Below are positions 52,188-62,710 of a stretch of 64,000 nucleotides of DNA, piece after piece (the stretch's first letter is position 1; each line of letters starts with the position of its first letter). Position numbers and translations under genes: made by a program. The notes under the pieces are model-generated. The model was not told the origin of the DNA. It did no database searches and worked only from the letters and a program-made list of their open reading frames with translations. The stretch lies in contig JAFWTH010000140.1 in NCBI GenBank assembly GCA_017518975.1, forward strand, positions 23,467-87,466, read 5' to 3'. This DNA is from Clostridia bacterium (GTDB lineage: Bacteria > Bacillota > Clostridia > Oscillospirales > CAG-272).

Positions 52188-54146
52188 TTAATCGTTATCA
52201 GGCACATATTGTTTCGACAGTCTCACGGAATTTTCGTTTATCTCAAATTCAATACGACTGTTATTTACAACAACATCAACACTTTCAAATATTTCCGCGG
52301 AAGTTGTCTTGTCGCAGTTGTAAATTGTTACTGATTGTATTTGATCAACTCCGGATATAGATATTTTTTCTTTTTCTCTTTGAAGCAAAGCACAGCCTGA
52401 GGTAGTGCCCTTAATTCCAATCATCTTTTTTAACGAAGAATCGGTTGCAGAAATAATCTCTATCACGCTCTCGTTTTCAGAGTTCACTTCAATGGATGAT
52501 TCAGAGAAAACAACAGAATGGATTTCTTTCCCTTCAATCACTGAAAATCGATTATTAGCAGCAAAGGTTATTTCTCCTCGAAATACGTTATCATTGCTTT
52601 CAAATTTAAATGAAGAACTTTCGGGAACCGTAATTACAATTTCAGCAGGCGATTCGGGTCCATTTGCAACAAATGATTTTGAAATGACCTCCATATCACC
52701 TGTTATACTATTTCCGTTAATGGTCAGCGTCTGTTTTTCCTCGTTTATAATTGAGTAACAACCACGCATAGTAATTGTGAATGTCGCTCCATTATTATTT
52801 GCTATATTGCTATTTCCGGTACTATTTTGCGAATTGCCCGCTCCAAAGTCATTATATTCGAAATCGAGGTCATACTGATTATGAAGGGTATAAAATAAAG
52901 ATGAGGTTGCATTTATCGAGCCATATTTACATGTTCCGTTATTGGGGTCGAAAGTCAGTTTAATGTTTGAAGATGTACTGTTGGGATCGTATATCAAAAA
53001 ATCTGTCTTCCCATTAGAAAGGAGAACGTATTTATACGCAAGAACAGCATGTGCTTTTGTTTCATTTTCAACCGGATCATACCACGCAAAAGCTATTGCC
53101 GTCGGGCCATTAGTATCAATGCAATTCTTTATCGAGTTTATGTACCCTGACGTTATGGCAGAATAAGAATTCCCGCTGAAAAACACACTCTGAATTAATT
53201 GATAATAATTGATTGCACTTCTCAAAGAACTGCTGGATGAAAGATTATAAATGTTTTTTACACTGTTCCCGCCAAAATTCCCTGGAAAATTAATCTTTCC
53301 ATTTAATTGGAGCAAAGACGTCAGCGCCATACCACCGCATGAACCTTTCCAAGGCTTGTTTATTTTTGTTAATACGGTATTATATAATGACTGGTTGTTA
53401 TAAAGGGAACAGTAATAATTAAGTATTCCAAGATGATAGGCGTTGATATGGTATCCATCAGTAAAATACGTCGGGTTATTTATAAAACTATAATTGTCTT
53501 TGCCCCATCTAAACTTATCAATCCTTAAATGATACCTACGCATAAGTATCGCAACATGTTCTCTGATAAAATAACTTTGTGGAGATAAGGTTGTAGGCGA
53601 AGTACCTGTAATAAGACCATGAGTTACAGCCCATTTCATCGGTGTTCTTGCGTATGAATGAATCTGATATGCATCATTATACCCAATTAGTGCATTGTTG
53701 TCTATAGTATTAAGTGTTTCCGACCCACGATACATTGCATATCTGTACAGTACGGTGCAGAGGTCTTCTCTTGTGATCGAATTATTAGGCGCGAACAAGG
53801 TGGCAGACACTCCATTAATAATATTGTTGTTATAAGCCCATGTAACAGCCTTAGCGTATTTGGAAGGAACATCAGTGAATGGATGGTTCGTGCTGGATGA
53901 ATTGGTCCCATCGTAACGATAAAGCATAAGTACAACGTCCCCCCTTTTCATATCAGTGTTCGGGGAGAATAGAGTATTCGATGTCGGATCAATATAACCT
54001 CGATCAGTTACATAATTCAAATTATCGCGGTATGGGTTTGAAATAGCTATATCGGAATAATACTTTGCGCTAACACTGATCGAATTTGAAACGATAAAAA
54101 AAGTTATAAGTATAACTGCAAGTAGTCTTAATCCTTTTGCTTTCAT
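52188..54146 (-). CDS. Secreted protein: three SLH repeats, a papain-like Cys/His domain and a C-terminal beta-rich region
   Basis: A signal peptide is followed by three SLH units (...FSPNTDMKRGDVVLMLYRY; ...FAPNNSITREDLCTVLYRY; ...LSPQSYFIREHVAILMRRY). Then come KPWKGSCGGMALTS and ETKAHAVLAYKY, which resemble the Cys and His motifs of papain/C39-like peptidases. Confidence 0.6.
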   Translation of the reverse strand: MKAKGLRLLAVILITFFIVSNSISVSAKYYSDIAISNPYRDNLNYVTDRGYIDPTSNTLFSPNTDMKRGDVVLMLYRYDGTNSSSTNHPFTDVPSKYAKAVTWAYNNNIINGVSATLFAPNNSITREDLCTVLYRYAMYRGSETLNTIDNNALIGYNDAYQIHSYARTPMKWAVTHGLITGTSPTTLSPQSYFIREHVAILMRRYHLRIDKFRWGKDNYSFINNPTYFTDGYHINAYHLGILNYYCSLYNNQSLYNTVLTKINKPWKGSCGGMALTSLLQLNGKINFPGNFGGNSVKNIYNLSSSSSLRSAINYYQLIQSVFFSGNSYSAITSGYINSIKNCIDTNGPTAIAFAWYDPVENETKAHAVLAYKYVLLSNGKTDFLIYDPNSTSSNIKLTFDPNNGTCKYGSINATSSLFYTLHNQYDLDFEYNDFGAGNSQNSTGNSNIANNNGATFTITMRGCYSIINEEKQTLTINGNSITGDMEVISKSFVANGPESPAEIVITVPESSSFKFESNDNVFRGEITFAANNRFSVIEGKEIHSVVFSESSIEVNSENESVIEIISATDSSLKKMIGIKGTTSGCALLQREKEKISISGVDQIQSVTIYNCDKTTSAEIFESVDVVVNNSRIEFEINENSVRLSKQYVPDND

Positions 54147-54159
54147 TTGTTCATCTCCT

Positions 54160-55557
54160 TTAGTTATTTATGTCATCTGTAATTTCGACAAATAACGACT
54201 CTTCTAAAAATGGTTGAGATCCGTTAGGTAGATACGGTGTGCTGTTGTATAATCCATCAGCATCGTATTTAAAATATTGATTTGAATCCGAATTCTTTTG
54301 AATGGAATCAAGATACGCATAATGAAAACCGCCTAACTCATCATAGTATTCTATCCAAACGTATTTTTCTTGATTTGAAACCTTGTAAGTGACAAGTTCC
54401 GTATGAGTCCACTCAGGATGATCTGGAGTATAGAACGATGCTGAGTAACCATTAGTCTCTTTTAGTCCGTCATACAAAATACTTGGTATTTTTTCTGACC
54501 CGAAGTTAAATATAACAAGACACAAACCCTGTTCTATGGTCTTATTACAAGCATCACTTGCCCCAGAATACAAATTATTACCCGAACTTGTTGCCATCAC
54601 ATTAGGTATATATTGTGTCAATTCGTAGAAACTAATTACACTTCTCAAAGTCGCATTATCTTGAGTGTCATCAAGATCGTAAACACTTTCTGCACCGTTT
54701 TGATATGCTTTAAGATTCAGTTTTCCGACCTTATCAAGATATGCGGCAGCAGCCAGCCCAAAGCTGTTACTTTGACATGTATACCTCAAATTATTTAATT
54801 GAGAGATTACAGCATTCTTGTCATTTCCCGTATAGTATGTATTAACAAAATATATCAGATTGCTATAATCGCCAGAATTAATGCCAAAGTCATTGCTGCT
54901 GGAAAAAGAGTAATTATCTCGTCCAGCTTTAACTCCTTCAACTTTTTTTGAATATGTGGAAATCATATTGGCACAAGTTACTCTATTAATATTGGATAAT
55001 GGATTCAAATTGTTATTTTCAGGAATAACGATTTTTCTGTAAATTCCCCACTTCATTGCATTGGCCGCGTAATTCGATACCGAATTGCCATCGCTATAGG
55101 AACTCAGATCAACGCCCGTATAATATGTGCCGCATTGGAAATGCGAAGCAAATCTATATAAACAAACGACAAAGTCTTGCTTTGTAATGTCTTGATTGAC
55201 ACCGAACGTTGTTTGAGTTACGCCGTTCATTATTCCATTTTCTTTGAGCCATTTGGTTGCTTTATAATATTGGGAAGACGTTGGTATGTCAGTAAAAATA
55301 GCCGTCGTAATTGCGACATAAGGTTCCCCTGCAAAGCGGTATAAAAGTATAGCTATATGGCTCCTTTTCATAATTGAAGCCGGATTAAACTGTTGCCCAG
55401 ATGTATGGGACATATACCCGTTGTCAAGAACATAGTTGATATCGTACAAGTTAGCATTATTAGGACCAATATCACTTGAATACATTCCAAATGTTACTGT
55501 GGATGTTAATATGCATATACATATTGCCATTGAAATAGCAATTATTATTTTCTTCAT
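54160..55557 (-). CDS. Secreted SLH-domain paralog of 52188-54146 with substituted putative catalytic residues
   Basis: The architecture is the same: signal peptide, SLH repeats, then RDNYSF.... The aligned nucleophile motif reads CQSNSFGLAA where the paralog has KGSCGGMAL, and the AHAV His motif is not conserved. Confidence 0.6.
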   Translation of the reverse strand: MKKIIIAISMAICICILTSTVTFGMYSSDIGPNNANLYDINYVLDNGYMSHTSGQQFNPASIMKRSHIAILLYRFAGEPYVAITTAIFTDIPTSSQYYKATKWLKENGIMNGVTQTTFGVNQDITKQDFVVCLYRFASHFQCGTYYTGVDLSSYSDGNSVSNYAANAMKWGIYRKIVIPENNNLNPLSNINRVTCANMISTYSKKVEGVKAGRDNYSFSSSNDFGINSGDYSNLIYFVNTYYTGNDKNAVISQLNNLRYTCQSNSFGLAAAAYLDKVGKLNLKAYQNGAESVYDLDDTQDNATLRSVISFYELTQYIPNVMATSSGNNLYSGASDACNKTIEQGLCLVIFNFGSEKIPSILYDGLKETNGYSASFYTPDHPEWTHTELVTYKVSNQEKYVWIEYYDELGGFHYAYLDSIQKNSDSNQYFKYDADGLYNSTPYLPNGSQPFLEESLFVEITDDINN

Positions 55558-56007
55558 TTGTATTTCCTTTCTTGTCTTTTTATGAGTTTTTCATTTTCCC
55601 TTTATGCAGAAGTCATCTATTCTTTAACAACTACATATTATCCATACTGGTTCCTCCAAAAGAGAAACCAACATGAGAAAACCATTTGAAAAAGAACAAA
55701 GTAGAGTCTCCTTTAGATAAGCCAAAAAACTTTTTGTTTCTGTACTTATTATTTTCCCATCATTATCATTGAACGTTCTAAATATATCGTCATCCCATTT
55801 TTTGAGTTCCCAATAAATCTTCAATACGATTTCAGCAACTCCTCTGTAAATGTCACAATAGCATATCGGAGCGTGGAAAACTGAGCCAGTATGCGATACA
55901 GAAGTGTGTGAGCATTAGTTTGAGTGTTTTCTTTACTCTCATTTTCTTTCTCTCCTTTGTATGGTTGAATTATGCTTTTGATTTGTTTTCTATATGATTT
56001 GGATTGA

Positions 56008-57009
56008 TTAAATACTGACTGATCCCGAAAGATCAATAATAAAACTCTTTATAACTCCTTTCTCAATCTGAAAAATCTCATCAAACAAATTACAAATTCT
56101 ACTTATCTCATTCTTATCTTTGTCGATGTTGTACTTTAGAGAAAGAGAAAAAATACTGCAGGATTTTTCGTAGACAGTAGTAAATGGAGCAATATAATTC
56201 TCAGCAAGTCTTTGCAATAATTTTGCACAAAGAAGAACCATTCTTTTATGCTCCATAAACGCGCGTGTATATCTGTCATCAATTCTTCTTCGATTACTGG
56301 CAATGGCGAATTTTTGAATATACTCTTTTAGTTTTTCGTTTGCCTCAAATCCGTAAAGCGCTTTTTCTCGTTTCCCATATGAAGTTGTTGAATTATAATA
56401 ATCTGTGAAGCAAGTTCGAATCCTCGGAATATTGATACTGAACTCATATTCGGAATTGTATTTCCATATTTCAAAAGATTTCTTTGGCTGAAGATTATCA
56501 TCTATCGCGCACGAAAAATCGACATATTTTATTTTAAAAGGGACATACTTTCTTTGACTAAGATAACCTATTGAGTACAACACACTTTCATAGTCATCGT
56601 AACCATAAATCAGATAATCATGATGATAATCATATTTGCCAAATGCACTTTTCCCGGGGATATACTTCTCATTAAATCCGCCTGAAACATAACAGCCGTT
56701 TTTTATCATATGTTTAACAATATCAAGGGGAGTTGCATTTAACGATTTGATCAACTCAGGCAAAAAATCCATACACTGGTGTATTAGCACTCCTTCTTCC
56801 CACCCCCACCAATCGTCAATACAGATTCCATAATCATTCCCCGGGCTATTGGTATAGTAAACGCAATTCAAATATTTTCCAATCATCCATGAAGTACAGT
56901 CTTTACCAATTGACTTTGAACATCCTTGGATAATACTCAGCGGGAATGCCATATTGTGGTAACAACATATGGCGGGTTTTTCTTCTATTGGTAAAACTAC
57001 TTTATTCAT
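56008..57009 (-). CDS. Uncharacterised protein, BtrH-N/C39-like papain-fold candidate (paralog A)
   Basis: ATG 57009 follows GGAGAG and aligns with the paralog's start (MNKVVLPIEEKPAICCYHN vs MKYVLPFDNKPYICQYVD). Conserved IC... and ...YHHDYLIYGYDD motifs suggest a Cys/His dyad. The family call is tentative. Confidence 0.45.
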   Translation of the reverse strand: MNKVVLPIEEKPAICCYHNMAFPLSIIQGCSKSIGKDCTSWMIGKYLNCVYYTNSPGNDYGICIDDWWGWEEGVLIHQCMDFLPELIKSLNATPLDIVKHMIKNGCYVSGGFNEKYIPGKSAFGKYDYHHDYLIYGYDDYESVLYSIGYLSQRKYVPFKIKYVDFSCAIDDNLQPKKSFEIWKYNSEYEFSINIPRIRTCFTDYYNSTTSYGKREKALYGFEANEKLKEYIQKFAIASNRRRIDDRYTRAFMEHKRMVLLCAKLLQRLAENYIAPFTTVYEKSCSIFSLSLKYNIDKDKNEISRICNLFDEIFQIEKGVIKSFIIDLSGSVSI

Positions 57010-57181
57010 TTCTCTCCATCCTTTTTTGATACTATCTTTATGATGCATCTTTATCGCGTGAGCAAAAATTGACAAGATGATTACATCAAAATGTATTAAG
57101 TAACGTTTTTCGTCAGTTTTATAAGTCTTGACCGCTTTCCGCATATTTTTGAGTCGGAGGAAATTTACTAAGACTATTGAA

Positions 57182-57430
57182 TTAGAGATCGGAATTTTTT
57201 TGACTTTTTTCTGCATCGATTATGAGTTTATCATCAATTCCACCTATAACTCGAGATAAAAACAATATTTCCACATCTTCGTTATTCGTCCTAATGGGTG
57301 GAAATAGTTTTTTTAATTCTTCATCAGTTGGAAGGCGTTCGTCTTCGCGGCGACAGAATTCCTCAAATCCTTTTCTAATAAGCATATCAAATTCTTTTTT
57401 CTTCCTCTTCTTCATTTGTTTCCACCTCAA
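57182..57430 (-). CDS. Small charged hypothetical protein
   Basis: 82-aa ORF between the two paralogs on the same strand, with no recognisable domain. Coding status is uncertain. Confidence 0.3.
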   Translation of the reverse strand: MRWKQMKKRKKKEFDMLIRKGFEEFCRREDERLPTDEELKKLFPPIRTNNEDVEILFLSRVIGGIDDKLIIDAEKSQKNSDL

Positions 57431-57492
57431 GCAATGTGTCTGTATGACCCTTATGTGATTGAATCCCGTTTTCTGAGTAATATAACTCGGTG

Positions 57493-58554
57493 TTATACCT
57501 TTACAAAAGGTCCCAAATAGGTATTGTCCGGAAAGTGAACTGTATTCTTTAATGAGTCTATTAATTCGGGCAAATATCCTTTTTCAATCTCAATTATTCT
57601 GTCGAATGAATCGTTTATTTTTGTTATCACTTTCCTGTCTTTGCTATTATTGAACATAAGCCCAAAATAATGAATTCTTTCAGATATCTCTTTTACTTGA
57701 TTTGCCTTCATAATCCAGCCGTTATCTTTCAAAGAAAAGTTTTTAATAAGATATGGTAATGATTTGCATATCAGCTTTTTTGAATCAGAAAACGCTCTTG
57801 AGTATCGGTAATCAAAATAATTGCCCTCAGTCTTGAGAATAGAATAATGATCGGACAATGCTTTAACTGCATTGATTCCAAATATCCAGTCGCCTTGTTC
57901 TGTCATACTGATTGTGTTTGTTGATTCAAGATAATCTTCAAATGATCGGATAATCCTTTCATAATTGAACAAAACCTTTTTCTCTTTGTTATATTTATAA
58001 AGCGTTATATCTATTGATTCTTCGTTTGATTTTTCTAATGCTTGAATTAAATCATTGGTTTTGATCAAATAGGGAGAATATCTACCAGATCTCAAAAATC
58101 CGGAAGAATAAAACACCTCTTGCGAATCATCAAATCCATAAATTATAAAAGGATGAGTGAATTCGTACTTTTTGAAAGCCGCCATCTGAGGTATATACAT
58201 CTCATTAAAATACCCCATTATGTAATATCCGCATCTAATACAATCGGATATCCAATTCAATAAAACCTCAGGATAGTCAGATTTAATTATATCTTTATCC
58301 GTAATCATGTGAAGCTTCCACAGAAAGTTATCATTAAGAGCAAAAGTGTCGAATGTATTCACTGAAAACTGACAGTTAATCAGTACTTTTTGATCTCCAA
58401 TATAAAATGCGCAATTATTGTATTTACTCGCAAGCCAAGGTAATAAGTCCGTCCCATTTTGGGTTGCGTTGGCTTGAATAATTCCCAAGGAATACACTTC
58501 ATCGACGTATTGACAAATATATGGTTTATTATCAAAAGGCAGTACATATTTCAT
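57493..58554 (-). CDS. Uncharacterised protein, BtrH-N/C39-like papain-fold candidate (paralog B)
   Basis: 353 aa and collinear with paralog A (...YIPQMAAFKKYEFTHPFIIYGFDD... vs ...YIPGKSAFGKYDYHHDYLIYGYDD...). Confidence 0.45.
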   Translation of the reverse strand: MKYVLPFDNKPYICQYVDEVYSLGIIQANATQNGTDLLPWLASKYNNCAFYIGDQKVLINCQFSVNTFDTFALNDNFLWKLHMITDKDIIKSDYPEVLLNWISDCIRCGYYIMGYFNEMYIPQMAAFKKYEFTHPFIIYGFDDSQEVFYSSGFLRSGRYSPYLIKTNDLIQALEKSNEESIDITLYKYNKEKKVLFNYERIIRSFEDYLESTNTISMTEQGDWIFGINAVKALSDHYSILKTEGNYFDYRYSRAFSDSKKLICKSLPYLIKNFSLKDNGWIMKANQVKEISERIHYFGLMFNNSKDRKVITKINDSFDRIIEIEKGYLPELIDSLKNTVHFPDNTYLGPFVKV

Positions 58555-58596
58555 TATTGTGGAATTAGTCCCGTCACCCCCTTTTAAAAGTATTCC

Positions 58597-60411
58597 TTAG
58601 TTTTTATCTCTATAATGTTCAGCCTGCTTATTAAACAAATCATAGTATCGCCCTCGTAATTGCATTAATTCTTTGTGAGATCCATATTCAATACTTCTAC
58701 CATTTTCTATCACTAATATCCTATTTGCGGTGGTTGCAGCAGAGAGACGATGAGTAACATAAATGACACACTTGTTCTCTCCAAGCTGTTTCATCTTCTC
58801 AAAAAGATTTCTCTCAGCTTCAGGATCAAGCGCGGAGTTGGGTTCGTCAAATAGCATAAGAGATGATTGCTTAAAAAACGCTTGAGCAATAGCTATTTTT
58901 TGCCAATTCCCTCCAGACAACTCAAGTCCGTCAGGGTCAAACGTTTTCCCTAAATACGTATCTATCCCATTTTGTAATGAGTCGATATCAACGTTCAATT
59001 CGGCGTTATTGCATGCTTTTACTATATTTGAGTCTTCTTCAACTCTCTCAATATCTGTAAGAGCAACTGTTTCCCTAATCTTTAAATCATATCTGGCAAA
59101 ATCCTGAAAAACAGCACCGATACATTTATGGTAACTCTTTATTTCATATTCTTTTAGATTTGTTCCGTTTATGAGAATTTCTCCATCATCTGGTTCATAT
59201 AGCCTCAACAAAAGCTTAACAATCGTTGTTTTTCCAGCTCCGTTCAAACCAACAAGCGCTAAACTCTGGTTTTTACATATTTTAAAAGAAATATTATCGA
59301 GAACTATCCTATCAGTATTTGGGTATGTAAAACAGATGTTCTTGAATTCAATTGTATCTATTTCAGTTATTGCCTTTTTCCCGGTATTAAGTACAAGTGG
59401 CTCAAGTTTCAGAAAATCTGCGTATTTGTTCAGACGCATCTCGCTTTCATAACTTTGATTAATTACTCCAGTGAATGTTACAACTGAAGTAAGAAGTTGA
59501 GAGGCTGCACCTCCGAAAAGAGAATAGTCACCGAGAGTATTGGTGCCATTAACAATGCCCAATCCGACCCATACTAAAACAATTGCAGTCGATAGTAATG
59601 GTAAAATTGAAGAAAGAAATGGCAATATCATCTTTAGTTTTTCTATTTTTTTCTTTTCAAGATACCACTCTTTCCACATTTTAACATATTTAGTCTTGAA
59701 GTATTCTTGAATTTCAAATACCCTGATATCTTTGGCATAGCTTTTACCTTGAAGAATTCCTTTAAGATATCCTACCTTTCTATCATCTCTTGCTCTTTTC
59801 AGTTGCCAGTCGTATTTTCTTTTAGCAACATATTTATCAGAAATAATTCCGGGGATACAGCATAAAACAATAATTCCAGGAATAAAAAGGTTGAGTCTTG
59901 CCATAATGATAAGATGAGAAATAAGCTGAACTATGCTCTTAATCATTAGTAATGAAGTCCAAGTAAGCGATTGAAGGGACCCCGAATCTCTAATAGCGTT
60001 CTGTATATTGTCGTAGAATTCTGGATTATCAAAATATGAAATATCAAGTTTGTTCACCTGCTGAATTATTTCATTATCGATTCGGTGACTGATCCGATCT
60101 CCATGAAGAGTTGATAAATATGTATTTAATCTTCCGAGGAGTGAGCTGATAAATTGAAGCAATACGGTTAATACCGTGAACACTAAAAAATCTGTCAATT
60201 TCGATTCATAATCAATTGCCCCAAGAATATTGATGATTGAACGGGACAAAAATAAAGATATTATCGGTATGCCAACAGTTAATAGTTCATAAAAAACCCT
60301 AAAAATGAATAAGGGCGGCGATGCCTTCCACGATATAACAAAACTCCGTTTGTAATGAAGAAATAGTTTTTTTGTTCTTTTGAAAACTGTCTGTTTGATC
60401 TGTTTTCGCAT
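58597..60411 (-). CDS. ABC exporter, fused permease-ATPase (MsbA/MdlB type, no N-terminal C39 domain)
   Basis: A six-TM N-terminal half is followed by Walker A GLNGAGKTT, signature LSGGNWQK and Walker B LMLFDEP. Confidence 0.8.
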   Translation of the reverse strand: MRKQIKQTVFKRTKKLFLHYKRSFVISWKASPPLFIFRVFYELLTVGIPIISLFLSRSIINILGAIDYESKLTDFLVFTVLTVLLQFISSLLGRLNTYLSTLHGDRISHRIDNEIIQQVNKLDISYFDNPEFYDNIQNAIRDSGSLQSLTWTSLLMIKSIVQLISHLIIMARLNLFIPGIIVLCCIPGIISDKYVAKRKYDWQLKRARDDRKVGYLKGILQGKSYAKDIRVFEIQEYFKTKYVKMWKEWYLEKKKIEKLKMILPFLSSILPLLSTAIVLVWVGLGIVNGTNTLGDYSLFGGAASQLLTSVVTFTGVINQSYESEMRLNKYADFLKLEPLVLNTGKKAITEIDTIEFKNICFTYPNTDRIVLDNISFKICKNQSLALVGLNGAGKTTIVKLLLRLYEPDDGEILINGTNLKEYEIKSYHKCIGAVFQDFARYDLKIRETVALTDIERVEEDSNIVKACNNAELNVDIDSLQNGIDTYLGKTFDPDGLELSGGNWQKIAIAQAFFKQSSLMLFDEPNSALDPEAERNLFEKMKQLGENKCVIYVTHRLSAATTANRILVIENGRSIEYGSHKELMQLRGRYYDLFNKQAEHYRDKN

Positions 60412-60519
60412 TTACTGACTCTCCATCATTTGCATATTTAGGATAGCTACAAAAGGATTCTGCAATAACAAACCTGTTTTAAATCTTTTAACCATAAAGA
60501 ATACAGTGGTTTCTCCTTT

Positions 60520-61290
60520 TTATCGCATTCCCTGAAACCTTTCTGCCCACTCCACCTCTGAATAAATTTTTATCATAGAGACAATGCATCTCAATTTTCC
60601 TTGAAGCTGAGATGGCAAAGCATATTTCTCTCCATTTTTTTCGCATATATCCTCTGCAATTGTGTGTAGGTCCGAAGTAATTGTAGACCTATTTGCACTA
60701 CAAATAAAAGCTGGGTTTCCGGCATTGTCAAATACTAATACTGATACATCGATATTTAAGGATTCAGGAGGAGATACACATTTCATAGCAGATTTAAAAA
60801 TCACATCGTCTAAATAATCTTGAGGACAAGGTTCTGTAAACATTTCAGCATGAACCTCTGTACTGAATTCCCAGCAAACTGAGTAGCTCTTAGCATTTAC
60901 ATCAATAAGTCTAACTTCGTATGTAAAAATGTCAAATTTGATGCCGGGATCAAAGAAAAAATAATTACTATCGTCCGCAGAAAAATTGTAGAACTGCTTC
61001 CTCTCTTCTTTTACAACATTACCGTCATTTTTTTTGAATGATCCGTTGATTTCTATTGAACAATTTTTCCCTGTAACATTTTCTACTCTCATAACTATCA
61101 AGTCGCCTTCACCGAACGAGTATTTTTTTTCTCTAATTGTAAAATGCCCGTCAATTCCCTCGAATCCTACATCCTCAACGAGATCATACTCACTAATTAT
61201 GTCATCTTCTTTAAAACTGGCAGGTCTATTGGAACACCCGCTAAGAATAGACAATACAACACAAAATATAATTATTCTTTTTATTTTCAT
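60520..61290 (-). CDS. Lipoprotein of unknown function
   Basis: The signal/lipobox is MKIKRIIIFCVVLSILSGC. 256 aa, lying between the peptide gene and the ABC exporter. Confidence 0.6.
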   Translation of the reverse strand: MKIKRIIIFCVVLSILSGCSNRPASFKEDDIISEYDLVEDVGFEGIDGHFTIREKKYSFGEGDLIVMRVENVTGKNCSIEINGSFKKNDGNVVKEERKQFYNFSADDSNYFFFDPGIKFDIFTYEVRLIDVNAKSYSVCWEFSTEVHAEMFTEPCPQDYLDDVIFKSAMKCVSPPESLNIDVSVLVFDNAGNPAFICSANRSTITSDLHTIAEDICEKNGEKYALPSQLQGKLRCIVSMIKIYSEVEWAERFQGMR

Positions 61291-61437
61291 AACAAAACCT
61301 CATTGGATTATAATAATATCTCATTTTATCATACTTTTTTGATTTGTTTTATAAAAAACAACGAGCAAGAAATAAGTTGAAGGGGTAATGCTTTTTTCTA
61401 AGAAAAAACCTTCTTAGTAAGAACCTCGCATAAAGGA

Positions 61438-61680
61438 TTAGTCGTAATCATATCCTCCTGTAAAGCAAGGAACCGTATCATATCCAGTCCCACAATAATC
61501 GTGTGAACTATTGATACAAGCGGCCAAATCCTTAATCTTACAGACATCTGTTGAGTATACATCACAGTGTGCGTAATCTTTGGCCACGGGGCAGGTATCA
61601 GTTACACATCCTTTGCTTGAACGTACAAGATACCCACTGTGCTCATCGTTTATCAGTTTTATTCTTTTCTTTATTTTCAT
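61438..61680 (-). CDS. 80-aa cysteine-rich peptide (candidate bacteriocin/RiPP precursor)
   Basis: MKIKKRIKLINDEHSGYLVRSSKG-CVTDTCPVAKDYAHCDVYSTDVCKIKDLAACINSSHDYCGTGYDTVPCFTGGYDYD. A basic leader-like N-terminus is followed by a 56-aa core with 7 Cys and many Asp/Tyr. ABC transporter genes flank it. Confidence 0.5.
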   Translation of the reverse strand: MKIKKRIKLINDEHSGYLVRSSKGCVTDTCPVAKDYAHCDVYSTDVCKIKDLAACINSSHDYCGTGYDTVPCFTGGYDYD

Positions 61681-61811
61681 TTTAAACCTCTTTTCTTAAC
61701 GTAAGTCGAACATGATTTTATTTCTTGCTCGTTGTTCTTGGTGGCGAAATAATCAAAAGTAAACAAGATTTGGTGTTTCTCACGATTCTAATAAAAATTA
61801 TCTGGTCAACA

Positions 61812-62687
61812 TTATCTTTTCAAACCTCCCAAAACGTCAATATATGCATCTTCAAGCGTCGGAATTGCACTTCGAGAAGTCTCGAGTACAGGTTTGTCGG
61901 CGACGTATCTAACGTGAGCGATACCCTCAACATACGAAACGGAAACCACAACGGCAGATTGACGCAGTTTGACATCGTCCTCGGCCGTACCTTCGTGCTC
62001 AAATATCCGCCCCTCAAGTGACTCTACGAATGCTTCTTTGTCTCCGATATACTTTACATGACCTTGCTCAAGAATGCATATTTTTCGGCATAGAAGTTCT
62101 ATATCAGACGTGATATGCGTTGAGAAGATGATAGTTCGATCTTGAGCAATACGCGAGAGAAGATTAAGGAAATATATCCTTTCCTCCGGGTCGAGCCCAG
62201 TCGTTGGTTCGTCTATTATGAGTACCTTTGGATCGCCGATTACAGCTTGTGCAATTCCTGCACGTCTAAGCATACCGCCAGAGTAGTTCTTCAGCAGTTT
62301 CTTCTCCTCTCCAACAAGACCCACCGTTTCAATTACGGACGTGATCTTGTCGCGGCGCTCCTTTTGGTCTTTCAGCCCCCTCATAACGCAGATATAGTCG
62401 AGAAATTCGACGATATTTAAACGCGGCATAAGACGCGTCGACTGAGGGAGATATCCGAGAGATTTACGAAATTCATGCTTACATTTCTTCAGGTCGACTC
62501 CATCAATTAAGATATCTCCCTCAGTCTGATCCATGACGGTAGCGATTATACGCATCAGCGTCGTTTTCCCTGCCCCGTTTCGACCAATTAGACCAAATAT
62601 CCCATTTGGGATATCAATGTTAATTGAGTCAAGGGCTTTCTTTTTTCCACGAAGGTAAACTTTCGTAAGATGTCTTATTTCAATCAT
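61812..62687 (-). CDS. ABC transporter ATP-binding protein (ABC-2 / immunity type)
   Basis: Walker A GRNGAGKTT, signature YSGGMLRR and Walker B LIIDEP. Confidence 0.85.
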   Translation of the reverse strand: MIEIRHLTKVYLRGKKKALDSINIDIPNGIFGLIGRNGAGKTTLMRIIATVMDQTEGDILIDGVDLKKCKHEFRKSLGYLPQSTRLMPRLNIVEFLDYICVMRGLKDQKERRDKITSVIETVGLVGEEKKLLKNYSGGMLRRAGIAQAVIGDPKVLIIDEPTTGLDPEERIYFLNLLSRIAQDRTIIFSTHITSDIELLCRKICILEQGHVKYIGDKEAFVESLEGRIFEHEGTAEDDVKLRQSAVVVSVSYVEGIAHVRYVADKPVLETSRSAIPTLEDAYIDVLGGLKR

Positions 62688-62710
62688 TTGTAACAGTTCC
62701 TTTCATTAAC

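Noticed and set aside
55624-56036. Two small adjacent - strand ORFs (66 and 71 aa) as a possible frameshifted gene
   Set aside because: No recognisable motif and no convincing RBS. They could be real small genes or noise in AT-rich DNA, and the evidence is insufficient to annotate them.
61438-61680. Assigning the Cys-rich peptide to a specific RiPP class (sactipeptide/ranthipeptide, Cys-Asp thioether type)
   Set aside because: Cys-to-Asp spacings are irregular and no radical-SAM or other maturase gene is present in the window. The class assignment would be speculation.
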